Assembly: GCA_013115125.1 (NCBI GenBank)
Contig: JABANN010000297.1
Span: forward strand, 1-41,543
Direction of reading: 5' to 3'
Source of the DNA: Perkinsus olseni
Taxonomy: Eukaryota
Length of the DNA stretch: 41,543 nucleotides
Position numbers and translations under genes: made by a program
The notes under the pieces: model-generated
Databases searched by the model: none
Told to the model about the DNA's origin: nothing
Seen by the model: the letters and a program-made list of their open reading frames with translations, nothing else
Shown: positions 24,987 to 37,400 of the stretch, piece by piece
How positions within the stretch are numbered: the first letter of the stretch is position 1
Layout: every line of letters starts with the position of its first letter

Positions 24987-27900
24987 ATGATCAGCCTTAT
25001 CTTGCCTTTACTGCTACTGACAGGGCGGGCTGACCTCCCTCTACACTGCACTGTTGAGGACGCTGAAGGTCGGTATCGGAGGCCATTGCCGATCGTCGTA
25101 TGCCGCTATGCTCAGGCTGGTGGCAGCTGTACCTCCTAGAGGGTCCCGTGCCTGACTGGAGTAATCCAGCTGGGCAGGCGGACAACTTCTGTGGATACAC
25201 TCCTATAAACAGCAACGAGGGCAACATAGCCCGGGGTCAACAGGTCATCATTACTTCACTTTGCCGCGGGTCGTTACTTGTGGTGCAGGTACAGCAGCTT
25301 ATGGACGCAACCACCCAGAGTGGCGGGGAGCTCACTCCTCTGGCCACACAGAAGATACTGAGTATCCCCTTAACCTCTTCCGCGGCGGGCAGTACTCAAG
25401 CTCAGATATGACGCTGTCATCGAGCCCTGTCATCGACCTCCACCTATCGATGGACCAGGAAGTCAGCGATGGCCGGGATCATCATCTGAAGGTAGACGGC
25501 TCCTGTAAAACTGCTGCACAGAGGACTCGAATCAGATCCTGGATGACGTTGGAGCCTACAGGGGCAGCTGGTCTGTTGGTTACGACGAAGGCCTAGTGTT
25601 GAAACATTTGGTCTTGAGTAAGTCGGATCATGTAGCTCCTCTCGCTGTACCGTTTCTGCCTTAGATGATGCGACTCCACCACGCAATATGGCCGCCTTCT
25701 TCCGCTACCGCTGCCTCGCTGATAACACGCACTGTGGAGACTATAATGATTTCGAAAACGAGTGCTCGGGGCAGGGCTGCTGTGGAGCATCTTCCGCGTT
25801 AACTGGAAAGTTCAGTATCGTTTTCGTTGCAGGTTCGGTTCCACTGACGGCTACGAGTCCCTATGTGGCCAAACTCTGATTGGGTGGTGGAATTCGGTCG
25901 GCGGAGCGAAGCAGGGTTGCTTCTGGATGAGGAAAAAGAGCTACGAGGAGGCGAATAAGGTCAGCTGATATCCGAGGTGTTTGGGTGGACCTCGACCGCT
26001 TTGCAGATCCACAGCGTCGCAATAGCCGGCGGAGACGAACGGCCTGTTTCCCAGAGCTCTACTACCCTCTCGGCACTCATCGCTCTGAGGGAAGGAAGAC
26101 GCAAGGCTAAAGCATCACGGTAGGGGTCTCAACACTTGGACAATCAGGGGTGGAGCCTCGATCGGGACTTTTGGAACAAGACATTCCAAGTGAATGACGA
26201 TTCGGTTCGCGATCCGTCGACATCGTGGTGGCATATCTCTCATGATTCTTCGAATGCCAGTGATGTTCACAGTAGGACAGCAGTCACCGTAATTATTGAT
26301 GTGTCCTTCCTCAGTTCTCGCGCCCTCTCTCTGAGCATGAGGGGTATCGACAGCGGTCCATTAGATGAGGTAAGCTGGGACTGATTACCCGGCAGCATCA
26401 CGGCTCTCAGATTGCGGCAGATGAGGACGCCGACGGGGGGTATGCAGATTTAAAGGGGAGGTAGCCAAAGCAATGCCGGAGAGCGTGCCTTTAGAGGACA
26501 TGCGGTCAGGTACCACATCCTGAGTGAAGGCGATTACCCCGACTACGGCTACGACGATGAGGTCAGAGTGTACCGCTCCTATACCGGCCAAGATGAAGTG
26601 TTCAGGCGCCCATCAAATACCCTCCGCAACCAGCAGATGAAGCTTGTATGAATACCAACAAAATTGAGGATGCCAACCTAATGTCATCACTCCCCAAGGC
26701 GTATGATTTTCGTGAAGAGTTTCCGAACTTCGGAGGTATCACGCGGACCCCGTGCTGTTCTCGCTCAGACTTTGTCTCAGGTCTTGAGGCCCAGCAAATG
26801 CTATGCGGCAGCTGTTACGCTATAGGCGCGGTGTCTGCCCTTCAGACTGCCATAGCCCGGCAGTTCCGAAGTGTTGGGATGGCCCTTCCCGTCAATTGGA
26901 GCCTATCAGTTCAGGGGGTGAGCGAGGCGACGGTCTCTTCCTTGTCACCTCTGGGATGTTGGCAGGCGCTGTCTTGCAGCTATTCTTCCCAGGGCTGTAA
27001 TGGTGGATTCCCAGGTGATACTCCTGGCCGGACTCCACCGTTCCCATCCCTACTCTGCAACTAGGTATAATGGCATTCGACCTGACTGCACAGGGTGTAC
27101 CTCAAGCCTCCTGCATGCCGTACGACGGGGCTTACCGCGTGCCAAGGATAATTTATCGCCGTCCGAACCGTCTCGGATTGAACGCTCCACAGCGCTTTCT
27201 TCCTCTTGACTGTAGGGTTAGCTGTGCTCTTGGTAGGTATCAAGGCACACCGGAATCATGTGATCGTTCCTGCTACAAGGATCCTAAGAAACTGTGGTAT
27301 GCTAAGGACTTCGGCTATGTTGGTAAGGTGACCGCGCCCCCACTGTGGCAGAGTGTAGTGCTTCCCCAGGAGGGTTTTATGGCCGCTGCAGTGAGGCTTT
27401 GATCAAACAGCATATAATGGAGTAGGATTGGCACCTGCAACTAGGCTTTCACATGTACCTCAGGAATGGCCCGGTCTCTGTCGCAGTGAATGCCCAGAGT
27501 GACTTGCTCCCAAGGTCTCCTCACAACATCACCGGCTTTGATGCCGGCACGCCATATGGGACGGAGCACAGCGTTATCGAGGGCAACTCCGTGGGTTTAT
27601 CGCTGTGTTGACTGCTGCTCTTATTCCTCTCTGTGGTAAGGTAAGGGTGACGGCTAGGCGCCTGCCTTCCATAGGGAGGAAGACTCTTGATGCTCACCTC
27701 TTCACGGTCGGCAGCAGCTTCAGAAGCATCGAGATCAGAAACAGCACTTCGTTGATTCAGAGAATGACAGCTAAAGGTGAGCATCAGCTACGAGGTGGTA
27801 TAGACGGCAGCTCCGTTACAGCAACTTCCCATCGAGACCTCACACTGAAAGCGAAATTGGTTAAAGGAGTCACTTCATGGCCCCATGCGGCGGAGGATAT

Positions 27901-28562
27901 TGCACGCATACTCAAGTCCACCGGCCTTGGTGAATACCGGCTAGGAAACCCTCAGTATCTAGGTGAGTTAACTACTGCCCGTACGACTGCTTGACACTAT
28001 GTCGTTCCTTCTTGGGAAAAGGTCATTCGGATCTCCCGGAGGCGCTGGTTGTCGCGAGGCTGTTGCATTTCCCTTGCGAGAATGGGGATGATCTCGCTGG
28101 ACTCGGCTTCTGTTTTGGTTCAGGCATCGATAGGTGGGAGTATACCAACCATGCTCTGCTCGTCACCGGATGGGGATCGGAGATGGACCACAAGGCTGGC
28201 AAGGAAGTGGACTATTGGATAGCTAGGAACTCATGGGGCTCTACCTGGGGTGAGTACCCACCAGTGGCTTATGTGCAGTTCGCTATCACCCGACCTCTTA
28301 GGGCCTAGCAAAGACGGGTATGTCAAAATACTGAGAGGAGTGAACTTTGGTGGTATCGAGTCTCAGGCTGTATCGATAATACCAGACCCCTGCAGAGGGG
28401 CTTTCCGGGGTGAGTACACTACTCGACGCATCACCAGTCGCTTGAGATACGTACGAAGTTCCGTATATCTCAGATCATTTGGATCGTCATCTCCTCGAGA
28501 CGGGAAGGCCCGTATCCTCCTTACCCCATTCCATGCAAGGATGCTATGCATCATCATCATAG
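24987..28562 (+). CDS. Cathepsin C / dipeptidyl aminopeptidase (papain family C1A), copy 1
   Basis: A signal peptide precedes DLPLHC (start of the exclusion domain). Other motifs are CGQTLIGW, LPKAYDFR, QMLCGSCYA (catalytic Cys 26813-26815), LSCSYSSQGCNGGFP, GFYGRC, NGPVSVAVNA, WEYTNHALLVTGWG (His), YWIARNSWG (Asn) and GYVKILRGVNFGGIESQ. The gene has many introns. Confidence 0.9.
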
Positions 28563-28672
28563 TTGTTATCTGAGTGGAGGTCTTTGCGTTCGCTATACGG
28601 TGGGTCGAAGGTAAAAGCGATAATGACGAGAAATTGAAACGGGGTCGTCACTGGCGAAGTAAAGACGGTCGA

Positions 28673-31600
28673 ATGAAAGGCCCATCGTCACCAGCAGCTC
28701 TTTCTGCACCGATGCGCAAGCGTCGATCGGCTGTCTTTGCCCTCGCAGTGGCAGCCGTGCTAGAGTGGACAGCGGCCGATCTACCCAGTCACTGTACGCG
28801 TGAGGACTCCAAAGGTGGCTCCATATTCCGTGATTTGTAAGCTCTAACTTACTGAGCCTTCAGGAAAGTGGCTGTTGTATTACCTGAAGGGTCCAGTGCC
28901 CGATTGGAGGACTGATACTGGAGGGAACTTCTGTGGCTATACGGCAATCAATACTAACAAAGGCAACTTAGCGATGGGCGAAAAGGTGCAAGCTAGCCTT
29001 GGATAATGGCCTGGGGAATATCCTTTTAGATCGCGAAGCTGATGCAGCGTGACCGGCCTACCAATGAGGACTTTACGGAAATCATCGGTAGGGCATGGGC
29101 TCACGGGGCTGCCTCGAACCTCGGCATAGGTATGGGTGTGGATGGAGGGCCGACCGAGATTGAGCTGTCTTTATCACAGAAGATTGAGGATGCTTATGGG
29201 GAGAAGGATGCTCATCATTTGATGGTAAACCGAAGCCTGCAGTCGGCCACCCGCCAGCGAGTTGATCTCAGATTCTCGATGCTTCCGATGCCTCGGTGCA
29301 GCTAGGGCACTGGTCGATGGGTTTCGATGAGTTTATCATCCTCAACAACTTCACTAGGCCTAACTCTACTGAAAGTACGATCACCTAGTCATCTATCAGC
29401 TCATGCCTTCACGCCCGATCAGCCCCGAGGAAGATAGACTTGTTCGTTCGCTACCGATGCACGGGGGAGAGGGAGTGCGGCGGGCCACAGGATGCCGAGT
29501 CACCGTAAGAAGCAGCAGCAATCGTCTTGTTTTCATCCCCCTGGGATGGCAGGGACGGCACAACCGAGGGCTACGTATCGTATTGCGGTCAAACCCTCGT
29601 CGGGTTCTGGTCCGCAATCGACGGGTCTGAGCAGGGCTGTGCTTGGGCGAGAAAAGTCGACACGGAGGAAGCTAACAAGGTGGGCCGATGGAAGTCCGGT
29701 AACCCACTGCTGTACACTTCGGCTCAGATACACAGCTTGGCGGTGCCTCACAGGGAAGGCACAGCTGGGCGTGCGACCAAGATACTAGCGCCTGAGTACA
29801 CCGTGATGGAGCCTTCGAGGAGGGTAGGGGAAGTCCATGCCCACGTCGAAGAGGTAGGAGTCTCGTCTATAATGAGCCCAGGATACGTCTCCACGGTCGT
29901 CAGGGCGAAGAGGAACGGTCAGTGAGCTACACAGGGATGAAGAAGAGACGGTAGGAACGAGACGGGTGGTAGCAGTCAGGAGGGTTTACTGTTGCCTGCC
30001 AAGATACCAACTGTATGAAGCTGAGCCGTTGCCCGATAACTTGGACTTCCCTTTCACCAAAGGCATTTTCGATCGGTTGCAGGAGGACAGCCCTGCGAAG
30101 GTGAGGCCTGCTGGGAGCTACTCCGACCCAACAGCCACATGGTGATGGATCTTTAGAATGATCGACATTTGGACCTCTGCCAAACGGAGGAGTTGTTTGA
30201 AGCCGATCGAATCCTCGCCACGCTACCAGAGGAAGTCCGAGCTTCCTACGACTTCAGACAACACTACGGTGACTACGGGAGTAATCCATCACCCTGAGGA
30301 CAGGGCCTTATCGTTAGTTCTCTAGGTCCGGTGAAGAACCAAGGCCCCTGTGGAGGATGCTATGCCATGGGTATCGCGGCTGCCGTCCAAGGGGCTATCT
30401 ACAAGGACTTCACATCAATGGGGATCCCCATACCAGATGACCTCGAACTTTCCCCTCAAGGGGTGGGCTGGGTTTGAGAGCTGCCCTACCGGAATTGTAT
30501 TGATCTTACCCGCAGATTCTCTCCTGCAGCTACACTGCTCAGGCGTGCAATGGTGGATTTCCAGGTGAGCTGATCGATAGTGGCGCCAAAGGACTCTGTG
30601 TTGGCAGGCTCCGTGGGCTTCGACCTACTCGTAACTGGTATAACGACGGAGCGATGCATGCCGTGGGTCATCGTTGCTCAGGTGGATTACGCGGTCAGAA
30701 CGCTCATTGCTAGGTATGCCTCCAATGACGGGAAATGCAAGCCCGAATGCTTCCATGATGAGAGGAAAGTGTGGTATATTAAAGAGGGCACTTACAAAGG
30801 TAGGGTACTGTGTGGGAGTTGAGCAACGTGTGATCGTGTGACCGATCGCAAGCATGTACTGCATAGTATCACGCATCACCTCTACGGAGGCCTCTGTGGT
30901 CGTGTAGAGGGTAGAGTTCCTCGCAGGTGGCTTCTACGGCCGATGTAGCATGGCAAGGATCATGCAGCATGTCTATCAGTGAGAACACCAGCCGAACATT
31001 GGTGGTGGTGGGAGGAGGAGGGCCCCCATTCAGGCATGGACCGATGCAAGTGGCAATAGAGGCCCCCAATGGTCTCACCCCTACTCTCTTCCGTGATATA
31101 GTGTCAAAAGACTTTCACCATGTGGAGCCCGACAGGAGCACAGCGGATCTGGTAGGCACAGCCCTAGATCACTGCTGGCTGCTCAGCTTCCACGACAGGT
31201 TGAAATTGCCGTTGCTAATACCCCCAGGAAGTTCCTCGACGTGCTCAACCACGTCAATTTGCGGGACCAGGACGTGGCCCTCAGCGAAGAGGATCGGACG
31301 CTTCTGCGTGAGTGCTTCTGAGCGATGTCGAGTGCCTTCTCTATCAGATAGTGCAGCGTGCCGTCGATTCTATCATACCTGTCCCCTCATGCATATCTCG
31401 TTCTCAGGGCATCTCCGTATCGCACCAGGGAAGCAGCCGGAAGCGGACGGTGATGTACACCTGCGGATACACGCCTCGTTCGAGCCCGACAAGACCGCCC
31501 TCTCCCGATCGTTGGAAACCCTCCTCTCCAGGTTCGGCAGCGGTTCCCAAATAGCAAGGATTGAAGCCATCGGTGAGCTGGGCAGATGCTTGCTGTTGAA

Positions 31601-32101
31601 GGAGCCTTTGACTGACGATAGGTTATGATCACTGGGGGTACACAAACCATGCTCTGGTCATTGTGGGCTGGGACTCAGAAACTGACCCCAATACAGGGAA
31701 AGAGCTGCCCTACTGGATCGTGAGGAACTCTTGGGGTCCCAACTGGGGTAATGCAACACCAGCCAAGCACAGTGCCATGTCTCCCATCTATCAGGTCCGT
31801 TCGGGGATGGCCATCTCAAACTCGAGCGTGGTATTAACCTTGGCGGTGTGGAGGCTCAGGCGATGTCCTTCTTGCCGGATCCCTGCCGAGGAGCCTACCG
31901 ACGTACCACACTTCCCCGATATCCTGTCGAGTCATTGATCCTCGCCCTCCTAGCGAAGTCTAGAGAACTCACGCTAAGGATGTAACCCGCAAAATATGCT
32001 CATCTTCTTCAGATTATGTTGACATGTACATCGAGGACGGTCAGTTGGACAAAGATCATTTACCAGAACATGTTCGCGCGTGTTACCAAAGGGTGGCATG
32101 A
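28673..32101 (+). CDS. Cathepsin C / dipeptidyl aminopeptidase (papain family C1A), copy 2
   Basis: A signal peptide precedes DLPSHC. Other motifs are [23 protein letters not shown] (Cys 30358-30360), [51 protein letters not shown] and [13 protein letters not shown]. The exon layout parallels copy 1. Confidence 0.9.
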
Positions 32102-32795
32102 TGATCTCCGCATGAAGCGCACTATGTCACACTTGAACCGTCATGCTCACTGTTGGGTTATTAACGACCCGCTGTAAACTACCCCAATAAATTCTTACCG
32201 TCTCCCGTTCTTCGTCTTAGTGACGAAGCCATCCGTCTATATCTCCATTGACGGCATGTTCGACAATCCCGCTGCTTCTTTAGCATATGACAGCATAGAC
32301 CCGTCAACAAGCTTGAGGTTCTAATGTTTTCATCATTTCATCTGCTGCACGATCTGACTGAACGTAGAGTGAGTAAGATCTTTAATTGCGTCCACAAGCC
32401 AGCATCGCCAGCAGCCACCTACATATCGCCTCCGTTGCCCTCCCTCACACAGTTCCATTAAAATACGGATGCCCGTCCGTATACCTTGAGTCTGCGTGGC
32501 AACGTTCAAGTCGTGCGGGGACTGTCGATGTGCACGCGTGTACACGACGCGCCGTGCCGAGGATATTTGTCGTTGTGGATCGGGGACCGCCAGGGCTTGA
32601 TCGTAGATAGCTGGAAATGAAACCATCTGCCTCACATCAAATACATAAGTCCTAGAATCACTCGTACTCCTACATACTTTCTCATGAAATGTACAAAATG
32701 AAACGCTTTCTAGCGGAGCGAAGCGCGTGTTGTCCACCTATATGTATCGTCATCTTGCGCTGCCTCTCCTAGTGCTCTGTCTTGTTACATCATCG

Positions 32796-34251
32796 ATGTT
32801 CGTCCGTCAATCGGGCTTCCGGTATGTGCAGAGGCAAATCAGGATGTACAGGTGGAATCGCCTGACCGCCAACATGCTCCTCACTGGGAGTCGTTCTGAA
32901 GCTGGATCATCGATGGCCTTGGTAGTGTCCGTATGGCCATTATGGGCACTGAAGTGTTTTTCGTTAGGTGATCTGTGGTGCTGGTATTGGAGGCTTCTCC
33001 CTCGCGTCTCACGCGGTAGTATCTCCCAACGATCATGGCAGCTCTTGTGGATGGTTTGGTAGTAGCAAGAGTAATAAAGTGGACGAGGTGGTTGATGAGA
33101 GGGACGTCTTGAGTGATATCGAGTCCAATAAGGTAATTATTGAGGCCTCAGTGAACCGAGCATGTTACTGGTTCGTTACTTGAACAATCAGGCATTTACT
33201 ACGGGCAGTGGCGGCGGGTGTAGCATTGTAGCCAAGCTGGGTGATGGCCAGGAGACAGCCACGGCTGATTCAACACCCTCTACGTCTTCGGGTGGTGGTG
33301 ATGATGCTATGTGGGGAGAGCTTATGGAGGGAGCCGAGGCCCCGGCGGATGCCAGGGTTAAACCTACTGAGCTGCACTTGGCTGCCTTCAGAGGCGATTT
33401 AATCAAAGTAAAGTCTCTTATTGACAACGAGGTGATACAGGGCCGTCCTCGTCGTATCGAACTTGCGCACAATATTCGCTCATCGTTCGTTGGCACGCTC
33501 AGGAGCATCAGATAAACCAGGCTGATAGTGAAGGCATGACGCCATTAATGGTAGCTGTTAAGCAAGGACATTTGGACGTGGCTGAGCTGCTCCTACCGGT
33601 CAGCGATGTGAAGGCCACAGATAAGGAGGAATGGACCGTTCTGCACTGGTAGTGTTCTATGGTTGTTGTCTGGGAGGCACACGAGGTTCCAGGGCCTGCG
33701 AGGTCGGAAGGTTGGCCATCGTTAAGAGACTGTGTGGAGAACACTCGGAGCTTCTGGCGATGAAGGACAAGAGAGGCCTCTCTCCCCTGCATGTAGGAGC
33801 TTCTGACTTGCAGCTAGAGGTGTCAGAATCCTTAAGTAGATCGCGTGTTGGCAAGGGAATGAGGAACTGGCTAGGATTTTATTAGATAATAAGGCAGACA
33901 TAAAAGCCCTGACCAAATGGGGCGAGACCCCGCTGGTGAGCCCTTCATGTCTTCGCTGCTCCTTAACAGTTGTCTCGTCATCGTCGTCAGCACCACGCGG
34001 CATTCTTTGGCCATGTTGGGGTATGTCGACTCTTATTACAACATGGGGCCGACCCTTTAGTGAAGGATAGGCTCCGTCGCTCGCCCAAGTCCTTGGCGAG
34101 TGGCAAGGCTGCCAGCGCGGAGTTGCGGTGAGGCTGAGTTAGTCATTCGTCTGCCAGTGGGCTCCTCTGTGCCAGAGACCTCTTCCGCGAGGCTGCTGCT
34201 GCTGCAGTCCCCCACAACGATTCGACATCGCCGGCCTCCTCCAATGAGTGA
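32796..34251 (+). CDS. Ankyrin repeat protein (about 5 repeats)
   Basis: PTELHLAAFRGDLIKVKSLI, GMTPLMVAVKQGHLDVAELLL, WTVLHWACEVGRLAIVKRL, GLSPLHIACWQGNEELARILL and GETPLHHAAFFGHVGVCRLLLQHGADP appear after splicing. The start is approximate. Confidence 0.85.
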
Positions 34252-34439
34252 GCGCCTTTGTCAATTATATATGAGACGACGATCCATGATGGTGACACGA
34301 CAGTGATGGTGGTTATACACCATCATATGGGTGGTTAGTAGCCGTAGTAAGTGCATTCCGTTTCAGAGTTTGTCAGTGATAAGAGCGGATTGGGTTCAGT
34401 GTCGAGGCTCAATCACGGAAAAACTCCTCAGGTTTTTTG

Positions 34440-37400
34440 ATGACTCCTATTGTTGCCGGGCGTTGTCGTCATACTCGTCGAAGACGTTCGTCACTTCCCT
34501 ACAGTCTGCTGGTCTTGGCTGTATTCCTATATGTTGTCATCCAGCTCAGTACACCAGCCCTCTTCGTGCTGCCTCGCCCGGCAGTGCCACAGTCTGCCGT
34601 GTCGAACACTTACGGGAGGCCTCATGCTACCAATCTTAGGGCTCGGCACAGTGCTACTGTGGGCAGAACGCCTAGTGCGTATCCGACCTCTCTCCTGGTC
34701 CTCGGTATGGGGGTTGCTGCATTGGTGTCCGTAGCGATGGCGAAGAGACGAGGGGGAAAGAATGTCAGCCGTCGTGCTGCTGTTGAGGCCACCCCTTCGA
34801 TTCCGGCCACCTCAGCGCCATTGCCTAGGAACCCAGCCGTGAGGGTGGGTAGGCTGAGTAGCGGCCTGCAGTATGTTATTCAAGACCACAAGGATGTTGG
34901 GGGAAAGGCAGTCCATGCCACCCTAGAGGTGCATGTTGGCAGCCGAGATGAGAGTGCCGGGGAGCAAGGTATGGCCCATCTAGTGGAGCACGCTGCCTTC
35001 ATGGGGTGTGACCGGAGGAGGGCAGCACTGGCAGCGAAGGGAGGCCAGAGCAATGCGGAGACCGACTATCATCATGTTAGCTTCGAGACTGTCATACCTA
35101 ACGCGGCTGGCCTTGGGGACGCTCTGGGGCTGCTGAGGCAGGCGGGGTTCGAGGCTGAGTTGAATAAGGATGTGGTGGAGAGGGAGAGGTTGGTAGTACT
35201 TCGGGAGAAGGCTCAGATGGATACACATGACTACGCCCAGGAGTGTGCTGCGCTGGAGGCTCTGCATAGTGAGAACGTCTTGGGCACGCAGTTCCCTATT
35301 GGAAGCTCTCAGCTTGTACAGGGATGGACGGTGAAGCAGGTGAAGGACTTCTATAAGAAGTGGTTCAGGCCGGCCAACAGCACGCTGTTCATCGTCGGGG
35401 ATCTTGCTGGCCGCGATGAGGACGTTATATCGAAAATTGAGCAAACCTTTGGCGATGTGGAGGTTGGTGTCGCCCCTGTCCGCAAGCCAGTGCACCATGT
35501 ATGGTCACCTAAGGCCCCGACCATCCGTATTGACCCTCAGTCGGAGGAGTCATCGGTAGGCCGCATAATGCTGATGTCGAAGCAGCCAGTACATCCATTG
35601 CGGACACGGTTGGACATGAGGAGGTATGTGGCCGAGGACATAGCTATACGGGCGGTGGCATCGAGACTGCAGAGGGCTAGCAGGGCTTTGGAAGTGCCAG
35701 TGGTAGCGGAGGCCGACTGTCTGGATAGTATCAGGGAGGGCTGTAGGGTTACTAGTATCCGGGTTGGAGGTACAACTGTCGACGGAGCGAAGCGTGGAGT
35801 GAGTCAGGCAGCGAGGGTTGTGGAGGATGTGTGCTCCAGCCCATTGGATGAGGAGGAGGTGATGGCCCTTGGACAGGAGTATGTTAAAGGCTTAGCTGAC
35901 ATGAAGGAGGCTAGCAGTGCAGAGCAGCTACAGATGTTGATGGACCTCCTGTTATTGGGCCATACGCCAGTGGCACCCGCTGATGCGACGAAGTTGGCTG
36001 AAGAGACCGTGAGGGAGGTGACCCCTGCTGAGGTCATGGAAGGGGCTCGAAGAGTGTTCGGTTGCCTGCTAGATGAGAGGCTTAGGGTTTACGCTACTGG
36101 TCGAGGATGGACTCAATCCTCCATTTTGGAGGCCATCGATAGTGGCGTGAGAGACGAGGGACCAAGGCCGCTGCCCTTAGCGCTCCATTGCCATCATCTT
36201 TTGGATCATCAGGAGGCCTCGTCGCCCCGTGTACTCGATATAGACAAGAATGGCGAAGTCTGCAGTACCCGCTTGGCGACTGGAGTGAAGGTGCGGGTGG
36301 TCCAGTCATCAGGAGAGCCTGGCAACTATCGTATACGTGTACGGTGGCCGGGTGGGGCCTTGAAGGCTAGAAGCTCGGCCCATGCCGCCGTTGCCGGCCA
36401 TGTCCTGGCTTCCCATTGGCAGAAGGCTGATGGCAGCGTTGATGCCTTCATGAAGGAGCACTCTCTCAGCGAGCCTGTGATGGGCCAATCGCTTGAGTGG
36501 ACCGAGATTACTGTGTCTGGGGCCAAGGGCGTGGAGGCCGCGTTGGAATTCGTGAAGTTTGTGCTACAAACGCAGGTAGAGGCCGGCGCTGAAGGGTCGG
36601 CACATGTTGCCAAGGCCTTGGCGAGTCTCGAGGCCTTAGAGTCTGGTCGTGAGCTGTCTATTGAGCGAGAGGGGCTTGATAGGCTGGTGGGAAGCATGTA
36701 CCCCCACACTGATGTCCTCAGAGAGCCCAAGGGGTTGGGCCAGGTCCGGGAGGTCACGCGGGAGTTGTCTTGGGGTGATGACTCTCTGCTGGCGATCGAC
36801 ATGGTAGGAGACTTCAGCAGCCCTCAGGAGGCCTTTGCGGTAGCTGACAAGTTCTTTGGGGCTTCGAAGATGATGGAAGGTGAGCCCAAGGCAGAGGCAG
36901 CCCCAACACTGCCCAGCGTAGCCGACTCGTGGACTGATGCACCACAGAGGGTGAGCATGCCGAAGGTGGCCAATGACCGGGCCTTGGTCCTGCTAGGAGG
37001 AGGTATGGAGAAGCGACCGGAATGGCAGGTAGCGTTGCTGGCTGAAGAGATCCTGAATGCAGCACTGTTCAAGAGGCTGAGAGAAGAGGCCCGACTAACG
37101 TACGATGCCCGTGGCTCTTTCTTGGTCCCTGATCGGCCTAATACGGGTACTGGCCATTGGACGGTGGCAGTCCACACTGACCCAGCTGATGCTACTCAAT
37201 GCGCGATGGAGGCTCTACGGGTAGTAAGAGAGCAGAGAATGGTAGACGATTCATCCTTAGCCCGAGCGAAAGCAAGTGTGATGGGCCAGCTATCTCAACT
37301 GCAGACAGCCAATGCCTTTATCATGGCGATGTTGGACAAGCCTGGTGGTCTGGAGCGAATACAGCAGGTCTCCGCAGAGGAGGTGGAGGCTGTGTTCAAA

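Noticed and set aside
34331-34639. An ORF containing DDSYCCRAL, which resembles the GT2 N-terminal DGSYCRAL
   Set aside because: It is a short chance match in an alternative frame that overlaps the SPP presequence, with no further similarity.
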